From NCBI GenBank assembly GCA_965197585.1, contig OZ240215.1, forward strand, positions 2,880,001 through 2,944,000: DNA of 64,000 nucleotides, in the 5' to 3' direction. This document shows positions 60,860-64,000 of the stretch, in pieces. Position numbers and translations under genes: made by a program. The DNA comes from Dehalococcoidia bacterium. Lineage in GTDB: Bacteria; Chloroflexota; Dehalococcoidia; Plut-88900. Position 1 is the first letter of the stretch. Every line of letters starts with the position of its first letter. The notes below the pieces were generated by a model. The model worked only from the letters and a program-made list of their open reading frames with translations. It was not told the origin of the DNA and made no database searches.

Positions 60860-62134
60860 TGTACGACCGGGGACATGGGTAACAGTTAGACCGAGGACAT
60901 AGGTAACACTTTGACTGGGGTTTTGTCGACCCTTCTGGTGGGGTCATCAAGGAGCCCGATGATGAGGGGCCCGAACTGTATGGACCAGGTTCGTTCGTCT
61001 ATCTGGACCAGGCCGATGGGTTCGCCCCTGAGGGACTCGCTCACGTAGAGCATATCTCCCTTCCACTTGATCTGTCCGTTGCTGCGGACACTACGTACGG
61101 TGACACCGGCGTGGTACTCGGGCGAGCTGATACGTGTGGATAGGGTCTGATTGAGGGCGTGTACAGCCAGCTTGGTGGATGCCGACCCAGGGCCTCATGT
61201 GGCCTCTCGAAGTTGTAGGTGTGCCTGAAGCGTTCTAGGGCTCGCCGTTGTCGTCTCCAGTTGGCCTTTGGAGGCGAAGCGGCCTCGGCCTTGAGGGTTC
61301 GGTGAAGGCGCTCGATGCGTCCATTCTGTTCGGGGTGACCGGGCTCGATGCGTTCGGGTACGATCCCCAGCTTGACCCACCATGCGGATAGTGGCGAGAG
61401 GCTGCCCAGACCCACACCGGCGAAGGGTGGACCATTGTCGGTGCGTATGGCCCGAGGGGTGCCGTACTCTCGGAAGGTTCTCTCCAGAGAGCGCTTGACT
61501 TCCGGGCCGGCAGGGCAGTCGAGAGGGTCGCATACCAGTAAGTAGCGGGACATGGCGTCCTGGGCTGTCAGGGGGTCTATCCGCATTCCGTCATCCGTGC
61601 GGAACCAGCCCTTCAGGTCGATGGCCCACAAGTCATTGGGGCGCCGGGCATGGGCGAAGGGCTCACCCCAGCGTGTAGCCCTGCGTCGCCGCTTGCGCCG
61701 CCTCACCAGACCCACACGGTCCAGTATGGCGCCTGCAGTGCTGGAGGACGGCCAGGGCACGTAGGGCTCGATGGAATGCAACCAGGCGACGATCTTCTTC
61801 GGGCCCCATGTGGGGTGGGTGCGCTTCGCCTCGACGATACGCTCAGCCACCTTTGTGGGAGTGGCGTTGGGATGGCTGTGAGGAGCCCGGCTTAGGTCAA
61901 GTAGACCGTCATCACCATACGCCTCGTATCGGCCGATTATCTTGTAGCCGGTCTTGCGGCTGATCCCGGACTGGCGGCACAGCTCAGCGACAGTCTCCTC
62001 TCCCGCAGTGTGACGCTCGATAAACTGCAACCGCTCCGATTCTATGCTCGTGTCTTTCCAAGGCAACACATCTTCCTCCTCTGAGATTGCCTAATACAAT
62101 CCCACGATGTGTTACCTTTCTGCCCGGTCTGTAC
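60860..62134 (-). mobile_element. IS481-family insertion sequence
   Basis: Ends TGTACGACCGGGGACATGGGTAACA (with a second tandem copy) and TGTTACCTTTCTGCCCGGTCTGTAC. Confidence 0.8.
60886..62069 (-). pseudogene. IS481 transposase with a C-terminal frameshift
   Basis: MPWK.., DLKGWF, TDNGPPF and PEQNGRIER; conserved tail (RSVRSNGQIKWKG..) continues in another frame from about 61135 to TAA 60886. Confidence 0.8.
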
Positions 62135-62247
62135 CCCCCCAGCCCTCTCCCATCGAGGGAGAGGGGATAAGGCGGCCCCACACCACTGCCGCTCTTGAGA
62201 CCCTTCGACCCGGCTCAGGGCGAGCGGAATGCCCAACCCTGGATTCT

Positions 62248-63279
62248 CTAGACTCACAAACGAAGTGCAACACTTGGTTAAGGTGTTGTCATGGGAAAGA
62301 GTTATGGACATGTCACCATTGAAGAGCGATGTGAAGTGGCCCGACTACAAGCCGCGGGATACTCAGTCCGCCAAATCGCGGCAAGTCTGGATCGCTCGCC
62401 ATCGACAGTTGCTCAGGAGCTGAAGCGCAATGGTTCAAGAACCCAGGGATACGAGCCCAGGTATGCGTACCAACAGGCGCATGCCCGGCGATGGAGCGGG
62501 TCCCGGTTGGAGCGGGACAGGGGTCTGCGGGAGCAGGTGCTCTGTCGGCTCAAGCAGGGCTGGTCTCCGGAGCAGGTGGCGGGTCGGCTGGCGATGGAGT
62601 CAGGCAAGAGGGTCATCTCCCATGAGAGCATCTACCGCTTCATATATGGCCAGATGGCTCGTAAGAAGGAGTATGGGTGGAGACACTACCTTCCTCGAGC
62701 CAAGTCGAAGCGGGGCTGGCGAGGGCGCAAAGGGGGCAGTCCTGCCTCCTTCATGGCTATGCGGCGCCCGATTGCCGAGCGTCCGCAGAGTGCTGCCGAC
62801 CGCCGGACTCCCGGGCACTGGGAGGCGGACCTGATGCTGTTCAGGACATATGAACATGCGGTGCTGACCATGCACGAACGCTATTCCCGCATCCTCATAG
62901 CGCTCAGGCCCCCTGGCAAGGCATCCAGGCCCATCGCAGGGGCCATGTCGCAGGTGCTGGGTCAGTTGCCGCCTGAATGGCGACGGACGGTGACCTTCGA
63001 TAACGGGACCGAGTTTGCACTCCATTACCGGCTCCACGAACTGGGCATCGAGACCTTCTTCTGCGATACCCACTCCCCCTGGCAGAAGGGCGGGGTGGAG
63101 AACGCTATAGGCCGGTTGCGGCGAACTCTGCCCCGCAAGACGGACTTGGCGGCGTTGCCGGAGAAACGGTTTACGCAGCTGATTCAAGCGTACAACAATA
63201 CCCCGCGCAAGTGTCTGGGCTACAGGACCCCGGCAGAGATCTTTTTTGAAAGCGTGTTGCACTTGAAATGTGAATCCAC
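62248..63279 (+). mobile_element. IS30-family insertion sequence
   Basis: Imperfect TIRs CTAGACTCACAAACGAAGTGCAACAC / GTGTTGCACTTGAAATGTGAATCCAC; ends approximate. Confidence 0.8.
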
Positions 63280-63301
63280 ATTCCTGCCTCCGCAGGAATG
63301 A
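62291..63301 (+). CDS. IS30 transposase
   Basis: WSPEQ, GHWEAD, TFDNGTEF, SPWQKGGVEN and PRKCLGY motifs. Confidence 0.95.
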   Translation: MGKSYGHVTIEERCEVARLQAAGYSVRQIAASLDRSPSTVAQELKRNGSRTQGYEPRYAYQQAHARRWSGSRLERDRGLREQVLCRLKQGWSPEQVAGRLAMESGKRVISHESIYRFIYGQMARKKEYGWRHYLPRAKSKRGWRGRKGGSPASFMAMRRPIAERPQSAADRRTPGHWEADLMLFRTYEHAVLTMHERYSRILIALRPPGKASRPIAGAMSQVLGQLPPEWRRTVTFDNGTEFALHYRLHELGIETFFCDTHSPWQKGGVENAIGRLRRTLPRKTDLAALPEKRFTQLIQAYNNTPRKCLGYRTPAEIFFESVLHLKCESTFLPPQE

Positions 63302-63384
63302 CGGTTATGTAAGAGTGGGATCACCCTCACCCTAGCCCTCTCCCGTCGAGGGAGAGGGGATAAAGCGGCCCCTCGCAACCCCGC

Positions 63385-63867
63385 CTAGGCCCGGGCGTTG
63401 TAGAGCTGGATGGTTAGCTCCATGTGGCCGATGTGCTGGGAAAGCTCGTCGATGGTGTGGACGAGGGTCCACCTTTTGAGTCGGGGCCCGAGGGTGTCGA
63501 CGGCGCTCTGCTCGGTGAGGGATGCGGGGTCCAGGTTGGCTAGGACGTCGGCGGCGATGGAACGGGTCTCGGAGATGACGTCGGCGATGGTCCTGCGGGC
63601 GCCCCAGAAGTTGATCTCACCGTTGGCGTCGACTTGGGCCACGAACTCTGTGTCCCGCTGCCGGCCTACTTCCTTGCCCGTCAAACCCTGGGCCACCCAC
63701 CATCGGACGACGCCGCACATGTGGGCGGCTAAGGCCGCGACGGAGTTGGTGTCGGCGTCCAGGGGTTCCCAGTTGACGGCGTCGGCGGAGAGAGAAGCGG
63801 CGTGTTCGTCCGCTTTCTTCAGCAGCTTGTCTATGAAGTGGGCGTAGCCTTCAATTTCGGGGTTCAT
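63385..63867 (-). CDS. DinB/DUF664 family protein
   Basis: NSVAALAAHM...R.RDTEF...HTIDELSQHIGHME. Confidence 0.85.
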   Translation of the reverse strand: MNPEIEGYAHFIDKLLKKADEHAASLSADAVNWEPLDADTNSVAALAAHMCGVVRWWVAQGLTGKEVGRQRDTEFVAQVDANGEINFWGARRTIADVISETRSIAADVLANLDPASLTEQSAVDTLGPRLKRWTLVHTIDELSQHIGHMELTIQLYNARA

Positions 63868-64000
63868 GGTTGTACCTCCAAGTGCTCTTTAGTAAGTGTA
63901 TCTTGCATCTCTTGTGCGATCCAAATCAACTAACCACCACCCCCGCTCATACTTCGAGAGCCTCAGCACGAGCGGCCCCGGCCCCTCCAACAGAGTCTAT

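Overview
GC-rich bacterial chromosome segment. The gene set (many FadE26-type acyl-CoA dehydrogenases, LLM flavin oxidoreductases, GuaB3, Pro/Thr-rich lipoproteins, PaREP1/HEPN and DUF1640-like small proteins) suggests Chloroflexota, probably SAR202/Dehalococcoidia. This taxonomy is an inference. The left half is a minus-strand array of acyl-CoA dehydrogenases (seven alpha-type, one beta-type) interleaved with accessory cassettes. The middle holds three restriction-modification cassettes, an AAA/DUF4276 pair and a MobA-AOR-NuoE-NuoF-FdhA operon. The right half holds RND, LLM, ECH, GuaB3, a UGA-selenocysteine redoxin, agmatinase-like and toxin-antitoxin genes. Three families of short palindromic intergenic repeats are widespread and serve as landing pads for IS110, IS481 and IS30. 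Best leads: (1) an IS110 whose bridge-RNA guides, CT core and circle-junction promoter can be read directly and which targets a REP-like repeat; (2) a promoter, small structured RNA, terminator and NYN RNase laid out like a type III toxin-antitoxin unit; (3) a three-gene chaperone-like/antitoxin-like/ART-like cassette; (4) orphan duplicated 3' tails of an acyl-CoA dehydrogenase bracketing cargo genes; (5) repeat-bounded solo GIY-YIG and DUF559 nuclease cassettes. No CRISPR array, rRNA or tRNA was recognised. All family assignments come from motif recognition, not database searches.
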